The position numbers were made by a program, and so were the translations under genes. Shown here in pieces: positions 11,501-22,491 of a stretch of 64,000 bases of DNA (positions are counted from its first letter, which is position 1; each line of letters opens with the position of its first letter). The notes beneath the pieces were generated by a model. It searched no databases and was not told where the DNA came from. It saw only the letters and a program-made list of their open reading frames with translations. The DNA is taken from assembly GCF_000143415.4 (NCBI RefSeq), contig NW_003314323.1, forward strand, positions 686,499 to 750,498, given 5' to 3'. The stretch is from Selaginella moellendorffii (taxonomy: Eukaryota; Plantae; Lycopodiophyta).

Positions 11501-13936
11501 TTGCAACAAGAGAAATAAAGTTCACACTTAGTGATTCTCTTTTGACAGGAATGCCCTGTTGGAACATACAAGAATGACTCTGGCTCGGATGCTTCCTTGT
11601 GCAAACCTTGCCCTCCGGAAAAATTGCCTCGGCGGGCTTCTTATGTCTATGTTCGTGGTTAGTGTTTTGATTTATGTGTTTCAAACTCTCTACGCAACTC
11701 TGGCTTTGTTTTTCAGGAGGAGCACTCAAGCCTACATGCCCCTATCAGTGCAATTCCGATAAGTACAGGATGCCAAACTGTTATACACCATTAGAAGAGT
11801 TGATATATGCGCTGGGAGGACCTTGGCTATTTACTCTGCTCTTATCTGGTCTTATGATAGCTTTGGCTCTCGTGCTGAGCATTGCTCGTGCGAAGCTAGT
11901 CGGTACAGACGACTTCTCTGGGCCTACTCCAGCCCCACAGGGCGCTCATATTGATCATTCCTTTCCCTTCTTGGAATCTTTAAATGAGGTACGCCTTGCC
12001 TGTGGATGTCTGTTTCTTTTTTCTTCTTTAACTTTTTGCATCTGGCAGGTCTTAGAGACCACAAGAGTCGAAGAATCCCAAAGCCATGTACATAGGATGT
12101 TCTTTATGGGATGTAATTCTTTCGCAGAGCCTTGGCATCTTCCTCATTCTCCGCCCGAGCAAATCGTTGATCTTGTGTACGTTGAATACTTCACCTTCAA
12201 TTTACTGTCGACTAAGTTTCTTGTACAGGTACGAAGACGCTTTCAACAGATTCGTTGATGAGATCAATTGCCTTGCAGCGTACCAGTGGTGGGAAGGGTC
12301 TGTGTACAGCATACTGTGCTTTGCTGCATATCCCGTTGGCTGGTCATGGCAGCAGTGGCGCCGGAGGAGAAAAGTTCAGCAACTTCGTGAGTTTGTAAGG
12401 TCCGAGTATGATCACGCATGTTTACGTTCGTGTAGATCACGAGCACTGTACGAGGGCCTGAAGGTTTGTAGTGCAAAGCTTCTCGCTGTTCTAAGTTGCA
12501 AATTTTTTCAGGTGGCTGCAACCGCCGAGCTAGTCCTGGGTTATATTGACGTCTTTCTGGGTGGCGACGAGAAACGACCGGATTTACCTCCTAAGCTAAT
12601 GCAAAGGCTTCCAATGTCAATCATTTTTGGTGGAGATGGTAGCTACATGGCTCCCTACCACCTTCACAGCGATAACCTTTTGACAAGTCTCATGGGACAG
12701 GTTTGGCTGTCCTTACAAGTTGATGCTTGCTTCAAACATTCAACTCTATGACAGGCTATACCAGCGACCATATGGTATCGAATGGTAGCCGGCTTAAATG
12801 CACAGCTAAGACTGGTCCGCAAGGGGCGGCTAAGATCTACGTTGATACCAGTTATTGAGTGGCTGAATTCGCATGCAAATCCGAGGCTGGAGCATCACGG
12901 TGTCGCTGTTCGTTTGGCATGGTTCCAGGCCACTGCCTCTGGATACTATCAGCTGGGACTTGTTCTAAATACTGCTGAGTCCTTTTCTTCAATGCCCCTG
13001 GATAGTATGGCTTCATTATGGTCTCAGCATCCAAGGTGAGGTGCATTTTTCTTGGAAACTCAGTGAGTGGCTATTCTTCGAATGTAGGACAAACAACGGC
13101 GTCCAGGCTCCACTTCTTTCCTCTGAGCGGCAGCATGAACAAACTCCTCGACTAAGAAGAGCTGGGGGAGGTTTAATAGACACGGTTACCTTGCGGACTT
13201 TGGAGGATTCAAGAGACATACTGTATCCTCTTTCATTGTTATTGCAGAACACCCGGTGTGTCGGCCACCACGTAAGTAGTCTGCTCTCTCTGTACTTTCT
13301 AAGCTTTTCTCTTTCGTTTTTGTTTGGCAGGCTTTAGTGGGTCTGGTCATTTCAATTTTGCTCCTCGCGGATTTCAGCCTTACGCTGCTATTGTTGCTCC
13401 AGTTTTACTCGATTTCGTTGGACGCATTCCTTGTTGTGCTCCTAGTTCTACCCCTGGCGTCGCTGCTTCCTTTTCCTACAGGAATCAACGCTCTCTTCAG
13501 CCACGGCCCCCGGAAAGCTGCCGGACTGGCTAGAGTATACAACCTCTGGAACATGACTTCTCTCACAAACACGGTAAACCAACTTGGCTTTTCTTCTTCA
13601 CGTTTTGTGATCACACACTGTCGGAAATGTGCATAGGTGGCAGCCTTTCTCTCGGGTTTTTTCCACTACAAAGTCAAGTTCTCATCGAAAAACCTGTCGT
13701 CCCTCGTGAGCTTGGCGTTTAGTTCGTAAGTATTTTGCTCGATCGAGAGTTTCTCACTCGCTCACTCGCCGTGTCTATGAATTGGCAGGGAGGAGAACAA
13801 CTGGTGGCTCATTCCCGTCGCTCTGCTCGTCTGTAAATGTACCCAGGCAAGGATCGTAGATTGGCACGCTGCAAATCTGGAGATCCAGGACCGGACTGTC
13901 TATACCGAAGACCCGGCCAAGTTTTGGGAGGCCTGA
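8517..13936 (+). CDS. Large Gly-rich membrane protein of unknown function (At5g11700/At4g32920-like family), about 20 exons
   Basis: Signal peptide; repeated GGGGSGGS/GGGGGGR motifs; GAGGGHGGRGA; Cys-rich ephrin-receptor-like CPVGTYKNDSGSDASLCKPC; TM helix GGPWLFTLLL...; YQWWEGS; LRSCRSRALYEGLKV; C-terminal multi-TM region ending ANLEIQDRTVYTEDPAKFWEA*. Confidence 0.9.
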
Positions 13937-14149
13937 TCAAATCTCACAAGATACGCTCTCTCGTCATCCAGTGAGTTTGCATAGAGCAAGCACAGTTTTG
14001 CATTTTGATTATCCTCCTTCTTACTCTTTTTTTTATCCTGTAAAGAAAGAAAACGAACAGAAAAATGGTCATAAGTTATATTAGTACTCTATGCTTTGAA
14101 AATGTTCCACAGCGCCGCTCCGCCAGATACATAGGTTTTACTACGATTG

Positions 14150-14960
14150 TTTTTAACGGTCAGGATTTGTCTTCGTCTCGCTGGCCGAGGAGAGATTTAC
14201 AGGGGAAGATCATCAATCTCAGGAGCCTCAAGAGAGGCTTGGCTCTTCATTCCCAGATCCAGAGTGGTGGATTCTTGGTGGACAGGTTCGTGGCCAGCGC
14301 CATGGTGGATTTCTATGGAAAGTGTGGCAGCATGAGAGAAGCTCTAGAGATTTTCCAGGCTGCTGCCAAGTTGGGAACAAAGGACGTGGTTTTGTGGAGT
14401 GCAATGATCAGCGCTTGCTCGCAAGGAGGGGAAGACGAGCTAGCCTTGGAGCTCTTTGCGCTTATGCTTTTGGAAGATGGAGTGGAGCGGCCGTGCTCAA
14501 TGCTTGCACGAATCTGGGTTGACTGGACCTGGGCGGAGAGATTTACCCCCAGCTTACAAGAACAGGGACAGGGACTTCGTCCAGCGTTTTCGTCTGCAAC
14601 AGTCTGATGGATATGGATGCGAAGTGGGGGAGATTGCTGGATTGTTGGCGAGTTTTTGATGGGATGAGGGATTCGGTCTGCTGGAATGTTATGATCATGG
14701 GATATGCAAAGGTGGCGAGGCCGAGAGTTTTTCACGGCCATGCAAGCGGGAGACGTGGTCGTCAGTTCGAGAACTTTGGTGGCCGTTCTCCAGGCGTGCT
14801 TGGATAGGAAGAGGTGGATGGAAGGCCCTTGAAAGTGGCGTCGCTGGAGAAGTTATTGACGTTTCATTCCCGCTTTCTCCACGGGCTGGAAGATACAAAC
14901 AACTTGATCAGTCTCTACGCAGTGTGGAAGTTTGGGTGATGTGCTCGGGTTTTTAATAAC
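14150..14960 (+). pseudogene. Degenerate PLS-class PPR pseudogene fragment
   Basis: FVASAMVDFYGKCGSMREALEIF, DVVLWSAMISAC, VCNSLMDMDAKWGRLLDCWRVFDGMRDSVCWNVMIMGYAK are split across three frames by frameshifts and stops. Confidence 0.8.
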
Positions 14961-14989
14961 ATCATGATCGAAGCGTACACCGAGTGGCA

Positions 14990-15544
14990 ACCGCATTCAC
15001 TCCTTTCAATTTCCCAACCTGTTCTGGTTCCAGCATTCCTGCAAAGATAGAGAGAAATAGCTCAGTCTCAGAGCCCCAAACTCACGCCACCATACCTTTA
15101 AGATCAAATACAATAGTGTCACCCTCCTTCGCCTAGTAGACACGATGAGTTTTCTTCTTTTATGACGCAAGAGATGAGTGGCTAAGCTTATGAATGTATA
15201 TCACAAACCTGCTGTTACATGAAACTTGTTCGGGACTGTAATCTTGAGCAGGCCAGTCGACTCATCGTCTAGAGAGAGTTTCAGATCCTGGAGTGTGTCA
15301 CTTGGGAATGAGAACTTCCGGTACTTATCCTGACATGAGACTGTCAAGGCGCATTTACTCCTTTGAATTTTCCAACCCTGTTTTGGTTGCAGCAACCCTG
15401 CAAAGAGAAACAAATAGAGAGCTCAGTCTCAGAACACCAAAATCACGCCACCATACCTTCAAGGTCAATTACAATAGTGTCACCCTCGGCTCTCTTCCAT
15501 TTCGTTTGCAGCAGGGTTGGAGCCTTCACCTAGCAGACACGATG
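14990..15544. repeat. Diverged direct duplication (~14990-15147 vs ~15349-15544)
   Basis: Shared strings include gctcagtctcaga..cacgccaccatacctt.aag.tcaa.tacaatagtgtcaccctc and cctag.agacacgatg. Confidence 0.85.
15201..15529 (-). pseudogene. Divergent alpha-crystallin/HSP20-like domain exons (15529-15457, 15397-15201); 5' part unclear
   Basis: Spliced KWKRAEGDTIVIDLEG|LLQPKQGWKIQRSKCALTVSCQDKYRKFSFPSDTLQDLKLSLDDESTGLLKITVPNK resembles ACD strands (DW.E....F..DLPG ... F.R.F.LP ... GVL.VTVPK). Confidence 0.45.
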
Positions 15545-16145
15545 TTAACGATGTAGATACAATAAGGCATATACTTACTAGTAGCGGGCTTCAGCTTACG
15601 CTGGCGTTCAGTGCGTGGGGAAGCTCAAATCTGAAAAGAGGCAGCAGACCATCGGCACTAAATTCGGGAAGGCCACCCGCATCAGCCACCACCTCTGCTC
15701 TGACCAGCGCTTCCTCAATGAGAAGTAGGTGTCTGTCGGTACAGTACGAGTCTAAAGGGACTCGGTCTGCAGACTCGTTTCTGAAGTAGTTTACTATTGC
15801 CAGGAATCAAAACATGAAAGTTAGAACACACAGACAATCTGATCGAAAAATTACATGGCAGAAGCTGAGGCTCGTGAAGAGGCTCAATATCGTAGTTGTC
15901 AAGTGAATAGTCACTGGCGACCATTTTCTTGCAGCTGACGGACATTTGGCTGACCAGCAAATAGGTCCTTTTCAGCTTGGCAGATTGCGTTCTTGAGGAA
16001 TTCCAAACAAGGAGGCCTCGCCTCTTCAGGATCATGACGAAACATCCTGCCAATCTACAAAGATTGAGACCTGTATTCCCTAAATCTTCATAGCAAAAGG
16101 AATTACAAAAAGGCAATATTACCATGTCAAACTGCTTCGCCATCT

Positions 16146-16322
16146 TGTAAGAAGATTATGATATAGGAATATCTCGTATATGACACCACATGCAATTCCT
16201 ATGTGGCATATAGCTGAAGTAGGGCACATAACTATTTGTTTGGGCCTCACAAACAGTTTTTGAATGAAGAGATTAGATTAGAAAATGAGGAAACTCACAT
16301 AGCTTACAATTGGTATTAGAGA
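16146..16322 (+). mobile_element. LTR (16146-16308) plus degenerate tRNA-iMet primer-binding site
   Basis: Begins TGTAAG and ends CTTACA (6-bp terminal inverted repeat). Followed 2 nt later by TGGTATTAGAGA, versus the canonical PBS TGGTATCAGAGC. Confidence 0.75.
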
Positions 16323-16438
16323 AGCTCAATTGGCATTAAGCTTTCATAAATCAACTTAAAATTCGTGTCTCTAGCATACTTCACTGGAAAGGAAGTTGTA
16401 AAATTCGTGATAGCCACTGAAATTGCATTCATGCATGC

Positions 16439-16895
16439 TCATCGACTGAGCAGATCAGCTACTAAGTTCTTATCTCCTGGAATGTGAACAATCTTAAAGT
16501 GGAAATTTACAAAGAACGCTTGAGTCAAATAATGTTTCAATGCATGGTGGTCTGTCCAATGCTTCCATTTCTGTAAAGCATATATCATTGCCAGAAATTC
16601 TTTATTGTACAGAGAGTAGTGTGCCTCAGCACTGCTAAATTTATGGCTTTCATAAGCAATAGCTTTACTCTCTTGCATTAACACACTTCTATGCCAGAAT
16701 CGCTTGCATCCGTCATCACCACAAAGGACTTGGATGGATCTAGAATGGTCAAAACCGGAGCATGAGTCAAAACATGTTTCAACACCTCCATAGAAATGAG
16801 GTTTTCTTGTGGAGCAAATTAGTAAGTGGAGTAGTGAAAGATCCTTAACAAATCTCCTGTAAAAACCAGTGAGGCCTAAAAAGGATTGTACCGGT
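16439..16895 (-). mobile_element. Ty3/gypsy pol relic (RT thumb / RNase H)
   Basis: VQSFLGLTGFYRRFVKD, VLTHAPVLTILDPSKSFVVMTDASD, IAYESHKFSSAEAHYSLYNKEFLAMIYALQKWKH..TDHHALKHY..FKIVHIPGDKNLVADLLSR, with frameshifts. Confidence 0.9.
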
Positions 16896-16898
16896 TCT

Positions 16899-16970
16899 TA
16901 TGACCCTACTTCAGCTATACACCACTGTGGTGTCATATACGAGATATCCTTGTATCATAATCTTCTTACA
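16899..16970 (-). repeat. Inverted copy of the LTR 5' end
   Basis: Reverse complement tgtaagaagattatgatacaaggatatctcgtatatgacaccaca..gtatagctgaagtaggg matches 16146-16224. A third short copy (cctacttcagctatacaccaca) lies at ~17683-17705. Confidence 0.85.
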
Positions 16971-17034
16971 TTAAAATGGACAATGTCCTTATTGTCCCAA
17001 AAAGCTTTCGTAAATCACCTTAAAACTCACTCAA

Positions 17035-17500
17035 TTGGTTGCTACCCCACTAGTGGAATTAAAGAATGTCGGGACTCACAAGCGATTGGATGATTCTGAT
17101 GAAGAAGATTCCCCGGAGCCCAAGCGTGAGGAGGAATCTCCACCCAAAGTGAAGACACTATACCATCTGCTTAAGAAAGAGAAGAAGCTTTATGTGCTGC
17201 CATTGCTGAAGCCCTATAATGGTGCTAGAATCAAGACAACGCTCTCAGATTGGGCGTTGAAGATGGAATCCTACTTTGTAGCCGCAAAGACACCAGAAAG
17301 TGAGCAAATGATGTGTGCATCTAATTCTTTGGAAAAGGATGCCCTCTCGTAGTGGCATCGTTATTTAGCTTCAGTTGAAAACAGAAAGGCCAAGAAAATC
17401 GAGTCTTGGTCAAAATTTGTGGGAAGCTCGGGAATACCTTATTCCTTCAAATGCAAAGATGAAAATCTGAGACAAATTGCACGAGCTCAAGCAACAGGGT
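17035..17500 (+). mobile_element. Ty3/gypsy gag relic
   Basis: LKPYNGARIKTTLSDWALKMESYFVAAKTPESEQMMCASNSLEKDALS*WHRY...KIESWS (Retrotrans_gag-like), with an in-frame stop. Confidence 0.75.
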
Positions 17501-17724
17501 GCACAGGCCAAGGCAGATGAGACGCAAACGTGGTGTTCGTGGGAGTGGCACAATCTTCTTTCGATCCGCATGATAGTGTTTTGTGCTGACACGTAAAGAT
17601 GGTTAAGACACAGCAAATGGCCTGGATTTTTCAATGTTTCCAGTCCGTTTTCCTTTGGCTCAATATCTAGCTTTGCGGCTAGGCCTACTTCAGCTATACA
17701 CCACATAAAAGGACCATACCTCAA

Positions 17725-18160
17725 GTGGAACTTGAAGTGAGCTCCATGAGCCTCATCAACTATGATTGGGATACCATGCTTGTGACACACCTTTGCGATC
17801 ACCGCCACTGGGCTACACACTCCAAAGTAAGTTGGCGAGACAATCAGAACAGCTCCAATGCTCACGTATTTTCTTTTCTGCGGATCCAAGATGGCCAGCT
17901 CAATGCTTTCGGCAGAGAGACCGTGAGAAATCTCCCAGAGCTCGTAAGAAGGAAGAACATAGCGACGCATTGCTCCAGTAAGAACCATGGCTGAGAATGC
18001 TGAGACGTGGGCGTTCCTGGGGAGGATCAAAACATCTCCGGGATTGCAGCAGCTCATCACCGCCGCTTGAATTACACACGTAGAGCCGTTTACCAAGAAC
18101 CACGAATAAAAAGCTCCACAGCCATTTGCTGCGTTTCGGAAATCGAAGAGGGCGCTCAGG
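17725..18160 (-). pseudogene. Truncated Orn/Lys/Arg decarboxylase (fold-type I, bacterial LdcC/YaaO-like) fragment
   Basis: SWFLVNGSTCVIQAAVMSCCNPGDVLILPRNAHVSAFSAMVLTGA...VLIVSPTYFGVCS...KHGIPIIVDEAHGAHF. Upstream ISETQQMAVELF is in another frame. The sequence switches into LTR-derived DNA before the PLP-lysine SxHK motif. Confidence 0.85.
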
Positions 18161-19503
18161 AACCGCGCACGAACCACAAGAATATTCCGAGAATATTCCA
18201 TAGCCTGTGGGATTTAAAGCCCTGACGCAATAAGGGTTGGGAGGTTGGCCTAGGGTTCATTCTCTTGTTCGTTTCATGGGAAGTGAAATGCAGCGACATG
18301 CTCCTCGCCAGTTCTCTTGAGAGCTTCAAGCAAAGGAGATGAGGGGAGCAGTAACGGAGGATGATTGTTGAGCACCGACGTCGGCATAGCCATCCACACC
18401 ATGACTCGCTCAAGCACGAATACTTGATACACGATATTGTTTCAGGAATGCTAGACCCACAAATTTTCATCCAGCGACACAAAAGTCTCCAGCCAATTCG
18501 TCTCTTCCACAAAAATGTGGAGCAAACGCAGTCCCGACTGGTCTTAGTGCTTACTTCTACACTTACTTGATAGCCATGATCTCAGCAACCAGGTTCGATA
18601 ATAAAATTTCATACCATTGACTTGAACCATTAGTAAATTTTGAATTTGCATTCACTGCGCAGCACCCTGGCGGAAGCCCTTCCCGGATTTGGGAGTTGCT
18701 GAATTGCTTCGCCTCTGTTCAAAGCCCCGGCCTCAACCTGGTGGGACATTATCCAGCGAGTGTGGAAACGGAGGCTCGAGAGTTCACTCTGGTGGCTGAT
18801 CGCGCACACAACCCATTTTTTCTCTTCCAGTTGAACTTATTCAATCAGGTTTTCCCTTATTTCTTGCTCTTTTGTCGGCCCAGAAAGAAGTAGAAACAAC
18901 AGATTCCTGGGCTGCTGTTAGCCACATCTTCCTATTCGACTCAACCGTCTTCAAGATCAAATAGCTCTGAAACATTTGACCAGTCAAAACAATTTGCACA
19001 CTCCCGTTGCCCGGATCGTTTTTCAGTTTGACCATGATAAGGTACGTATGTTATGAAAGACGTAAGGGCCATTTCTCAAAATAAATATTGACTTGTACTT
19101 ATTGCTGCAATACTTTAGCGTTGGAATCCTTGTTTGTGTCGCACTATCTTTTCTCTTAAAAGTACAAGTTGCAAGTTTATATTCGTGCTTTAGAGTGGTT
19201 TTCTCCTCGACCTAGACTTCAAGATCACCATCTCTACTCCATGGGGTGAAGACTCAAAGTGTTTGTCTCCCTGGGGTGTGAGAGGGAAAAGGAGCTGGAG
19301 GTATTGTGAGAGAGTTTGGTGCCTGGCTCTATTGGAACTCGGATTAGTACTTGGGGCTCTGGGTAAGGCCTTCAAATAAAAGAGACTCAACTACTGCCTC
19401 CATGTCCTTGCTCCAAACCCTAAATCAGCATAAAGTCCTCAACAGTGGAGTTCTCTTGCGCTGTAAGCTTCTAATAGTTTACTGTATTGTCAATGAAAAC
19501 TTT

Positions 19504-22491
19504 TTAGATCTCATGCTGCCATCGCTGTACGTCCATGGAATGCTCCCGATGTTTGATGGGAAGTGGAATGCCACACTGGCTATACAACTTGGCCATCAAA
19601 ACATAGGCTGCAGAATCACTCTCGTCCAGCTCCACCATCCTCTGGAATGCAGCCCTTCCATTCTCCAAATCCTTCCACTCAATGCAAGCGCATAACACCG
19701 TCTTCCACACCATTGAGTCGGCCTCCACCAGCATGCTCTCGGCCACAGCCACGCTCTCCTCCACAAGGTTTGCTCGTCCCAGTAGATCCACCACGCAGTT
19801 GTAGTGCTCCACGCCGGGAGCAATGCCGTAATCTCTTGCCATGGCCTCCAAGTAGCACTTGCCATCTTCCACCAGTCCTGAGTGGCTGCAAGCGCTGAGA
19901 AGCCACAGGAAAGTCGTGCCGTCAGGAGCTACCGATCGATCCTTCGTCATCCTCTCAAAAGTTTCAAGTACTGACTTGGAGTCCCCGCACTGGCTGTATC
20001 CCGCAAGAAGATTGTTCCAGATGATCACTGGAAGAACAAGGTGCTGCTGCCTCTGGATTGATGCAAAAACCTCCTCTGCCTCGGCCATGCTTCCACACTT
20101 CCCGTAAAAGACAATGAGTGCGTTGGCCAAAAGAACACAGTCGCTGGGCCCAGCCTCGCGAATGCTGGCATGAATCTTTCTCCCGACCTCGAACAATGCA
20201 AGTATCGTGCATGCCTTGAGTGCCGGCACGAAAGTTTGAGCGTTTGGTGCTGGATCTTCTTGCTGCTGCTGCAAGCGCTGGAAGAGCTCCAAAGCCGTGT
20301 GGCTCTCCCCGGCCTCGACGTAGCCACTGATGATCGCGTTCCACGATACTATACTTCGCTGCTGCATCCCTTCAAAAACCCATCTCGCCATATACATGCA
20401 CTTGCACTTTGAGTACATGTCCACCAGAGTGTTGGCCACGAATATATCTGCCTCAAGACCCAGCTTTGCTGCTCGAGAGTGAAGTTCCATCCCTGTTTCC
20501 AGCCACCTCTGCTGCTGCTGCTGCTGCTGTCGTCCAGTAAGTTTCTTAGTCTTCTCTCCTTTGCTGGCAAGGCCTGAGCACGCACTTAAAGCCGCAATGA
20601 AAGCCCGAGAGTCCGGTTCCACACCTTCGTCTTGCATCCTCTGGAACAAATCCAGAGCCATCTTGCCTTCACCACCTTCCGCAAGCGCCATTATCATCGA
20701 AGTCCACAGCACCGAGCTTCGATGCCTCGTCACGAAAAAGACACGCTCAGCATCACCAAGGCTGCCACACTTCGCGTACATGTTGATAAGCGAAGTTGCC
20801 ACAAACGAGTTGGAGTCATCACCAGATCTTCGAGCTCGAGAGTGAACAGCCATGCCTCTCTCCAAGCTCAAAACTTTCACCATCATTGTTCTATCGCCTG
20901 GAAAACCTGTTGGCTCTTCCTTCTCCGCCAGACTTGTGCAGGCCATGAGCGCTGGAAGATAAGCCTGAGCGTCAGTCGCGAAGCCTTCAGCTAGCATCGC
21001 TTCAAAGTACTTTAAGGAAATCTCGCCTTCATGGTTCTCCATATATCCCGAGACCATAGCAGTCCACGAAACTACACTATGCCTTTGCATGCTATCGAAG
21101 ACCAGCCGCGCGTTGTCCATGCTTCCACATTTCGCGTACATGTCCACCAGCGTGTTTGCCACAAAAATGTTTGCACTGTGCCCGAGCTCCGCAAGCATAG
21201 CATGCAAAGTCATGCCTGTTTCCAGCCACCTGATTTTAAGATCTCGTCCTTGGAGTCTCTGGCTTTCCTCCTTGGCTGCAAGGCTTGAACAGGCCCTCAA
21301 GACAGCGACGATAGTTCTTGAGTCCGGTGCCAAGCTTTCCACCAGCAGCATGCGAGAGAAAACCTCCAAGGCCGCTTCATCTTCTTTGCTTTCCACGAAT
21401 CCCAGAAGCAAGGCAGTCCACAGCACCGCGTCGCGTTCTCTCATCTTCTCAAAGACCCGACTAGCGTCCACCATGCTCCTGCACTTCGCATACAAGTTGA
21501 TGAGGGTGCTCCCAACGAAGAGGTTTGCAGGGAGATTTCCTCCAAGTAGTTTGTGAAGTACCATGCCTCTTTCCAAACTGACCACCTTGACAAGTTTTCC
21601 CTGCAGAAGTTTTGCACTTTCTCTAGCTGCCAGACTCGTGCAGGCAATGGCTGCCGCGAGGAATGTCCGAGCATCCGGCTCACCACCTCTAGTGCGTTGC
21701 ATGAGAGAAAAGAGCTCGAGAGCCACCTCGCCTTGATCGTTCTCTGCATATCCAAGGATCATTACGTTCCAAGACGACACACTGCGGTCTTGGATCCCGT
21801 CAAAAACCCGTCGAGCGTCTTCCAGAGATCCACACTTCACGTAAAAGTCGAGTAGCGTGCTTGCCAGAAACCGGTTAGACTCGAGGTCACTCCTGGAAAG
21901 CTCTGAGTGAAAAGCCATTGCTCTCTCCAGAGAGAACACTTTCACCATTTTTCCAGCCAGCTCCCTGCCGTCTTCTCCGGCTGCCAAGCCGGCGCAGGCA
22001 CCAAGAACAGCCACGAAGGTTCTCGCGTCCGGCTGGAAGCCTTGATCCAGCATGGTGGAGAAAAGTTTCAGTGCCAAATCCTTTTCTCCACTCCGAGAAT
22101 AAGCCTTGATGATCGCATTCCAGGACACCACGGTTCGCTGCTTCATGTCGTCGAAAACTCGCCGAGCTTCGACCAGGCTCCCAAATCTGGCGTACATGTC
22201 GATGGATGTGTTCGCCAGGAAAACGTTCCCATCTCGTCCACATTTGGCGAGCACCTGTTCAAGTTCCTCCTTACTGCTGCAAGACTTTAGCGTCGCGAGG
22301 AGCGCTGGAATGCTCCTTCGTATCGTGCTATCTTTTCTCTTCAAGTTGTCGTTGGAGTTGAATGCTCGTTGATCATTAAAGCTACAAGTTTCCCCGGGTT
22401 GCGAGTTTGTATTCCCGCATCTGCGACGCTCGGAGAGAGCATTGGAATTGTTTTCTCTCAACGATACATCTAGCAAAGAACAAGGAAACAT
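19504..22491 (-). CDS. PLS-class pentatricopeptide repeat protein with E extension (no DYW), intronless
   Basis: 995-aa ORF with repeated DMYAKCGS..ARxVFDxM..RSVVSWxAxI motifs, TFLWLLSACSHSGLVEDG, EHYNCVVDLLGRA and an E-domain ending SAAYVLMAKLYS. Confidence 0.92.
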   Translation of the reverse strand: MFPCSLLDVSLRENNSNALSERRRCGNTNSQPGETCSFNDQRAFNSNDNLKRKDSTIRRSIPALLATLKSCSSKEELEQVLAKCGRDGNVFLANTSIDMYARFGSLVEARRVFDDMKQRTVVSWNAIIKAYSRSGEKDLALKLFSTMLDQGFQPDARTFVAVLGACAGLAAGEDGRELAGKMVKVFSLERAMAFHSELSRSDLESNRFLASTLLDFYVKCGSLEDARRVFDGIQDRSVSSWNVMILGYAENDQGEVALELFSLMQRTRGGEPDARTFLAAAIACTSLAARESAKLLQGKLVKVVSLERGMVLHKLLGGNLPANLFVGSTLINLYAKCRSMVDASRVFEKMRERDAVLWTALLLGFVESKEDEAALEVFSRMLLVESLAPDSRTIVAVLRACSSLAAKEESQRLQGRDLKIRWLETGMTLHAMLAELGHSANIFVANTLVDMYAKCGSMDNARLVFDSMQRHSVVSWTAMVSGYMENHEGEISLKYFEAMLAEGFATDAQAYLPALMACTSLAEKEEPTGFPGDRTMMVKVLSLERGMAVHSRARRSGDDSNSFVATSLINMYAKCGSLGDAERVFFVTRHRSSVLWTSMIMALAEGGEGKMALDLFQRMQDEGVEPDSRAFIAALSACSGLASKGEKTKKLTGRQQQQQQQRWLETGMELHSRAAKLGLEADIFVANTLVDMYSKCKCMYMARWVFEGMQQRSIVSWNAIISGYVEAGESHTALELFQRLQQQQEDPAPNAQTFVPALKACTILALFEVGRKIHASIREAGPSDCVLLANALIVFYGKCGSMAEAEEVFASIQRQQHLVLPVIIWNNLLAGYSQCGDSKSVLETFERMTKDRSVAPDGTTFLWLLSACSHSGLVEDGKCYLEAMARDYGIAPGVEHYNCVVDLLGRANLVEESVAVAESMLVEADSMVWKTVLCACIEWKDLENGRAAFQRMVELDESDSAAYVLMAKLYSQCGIPLPIKHREHSMDVQRWQHEI

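Noticed and set aside
17410-18201. 263-aa ORF as an intact decarboxylase
   Set aside because: It is chimeric: only ~17725-18110 is decarboxylase. The rest is antisense gag/LTR sequence, and the PLP-lysine motif is missing.
18560-19450. Exon-like fragments on the minus strand
   Set aside because: Multiple stops in all frames and no recognisable family; probably decayed sequence.
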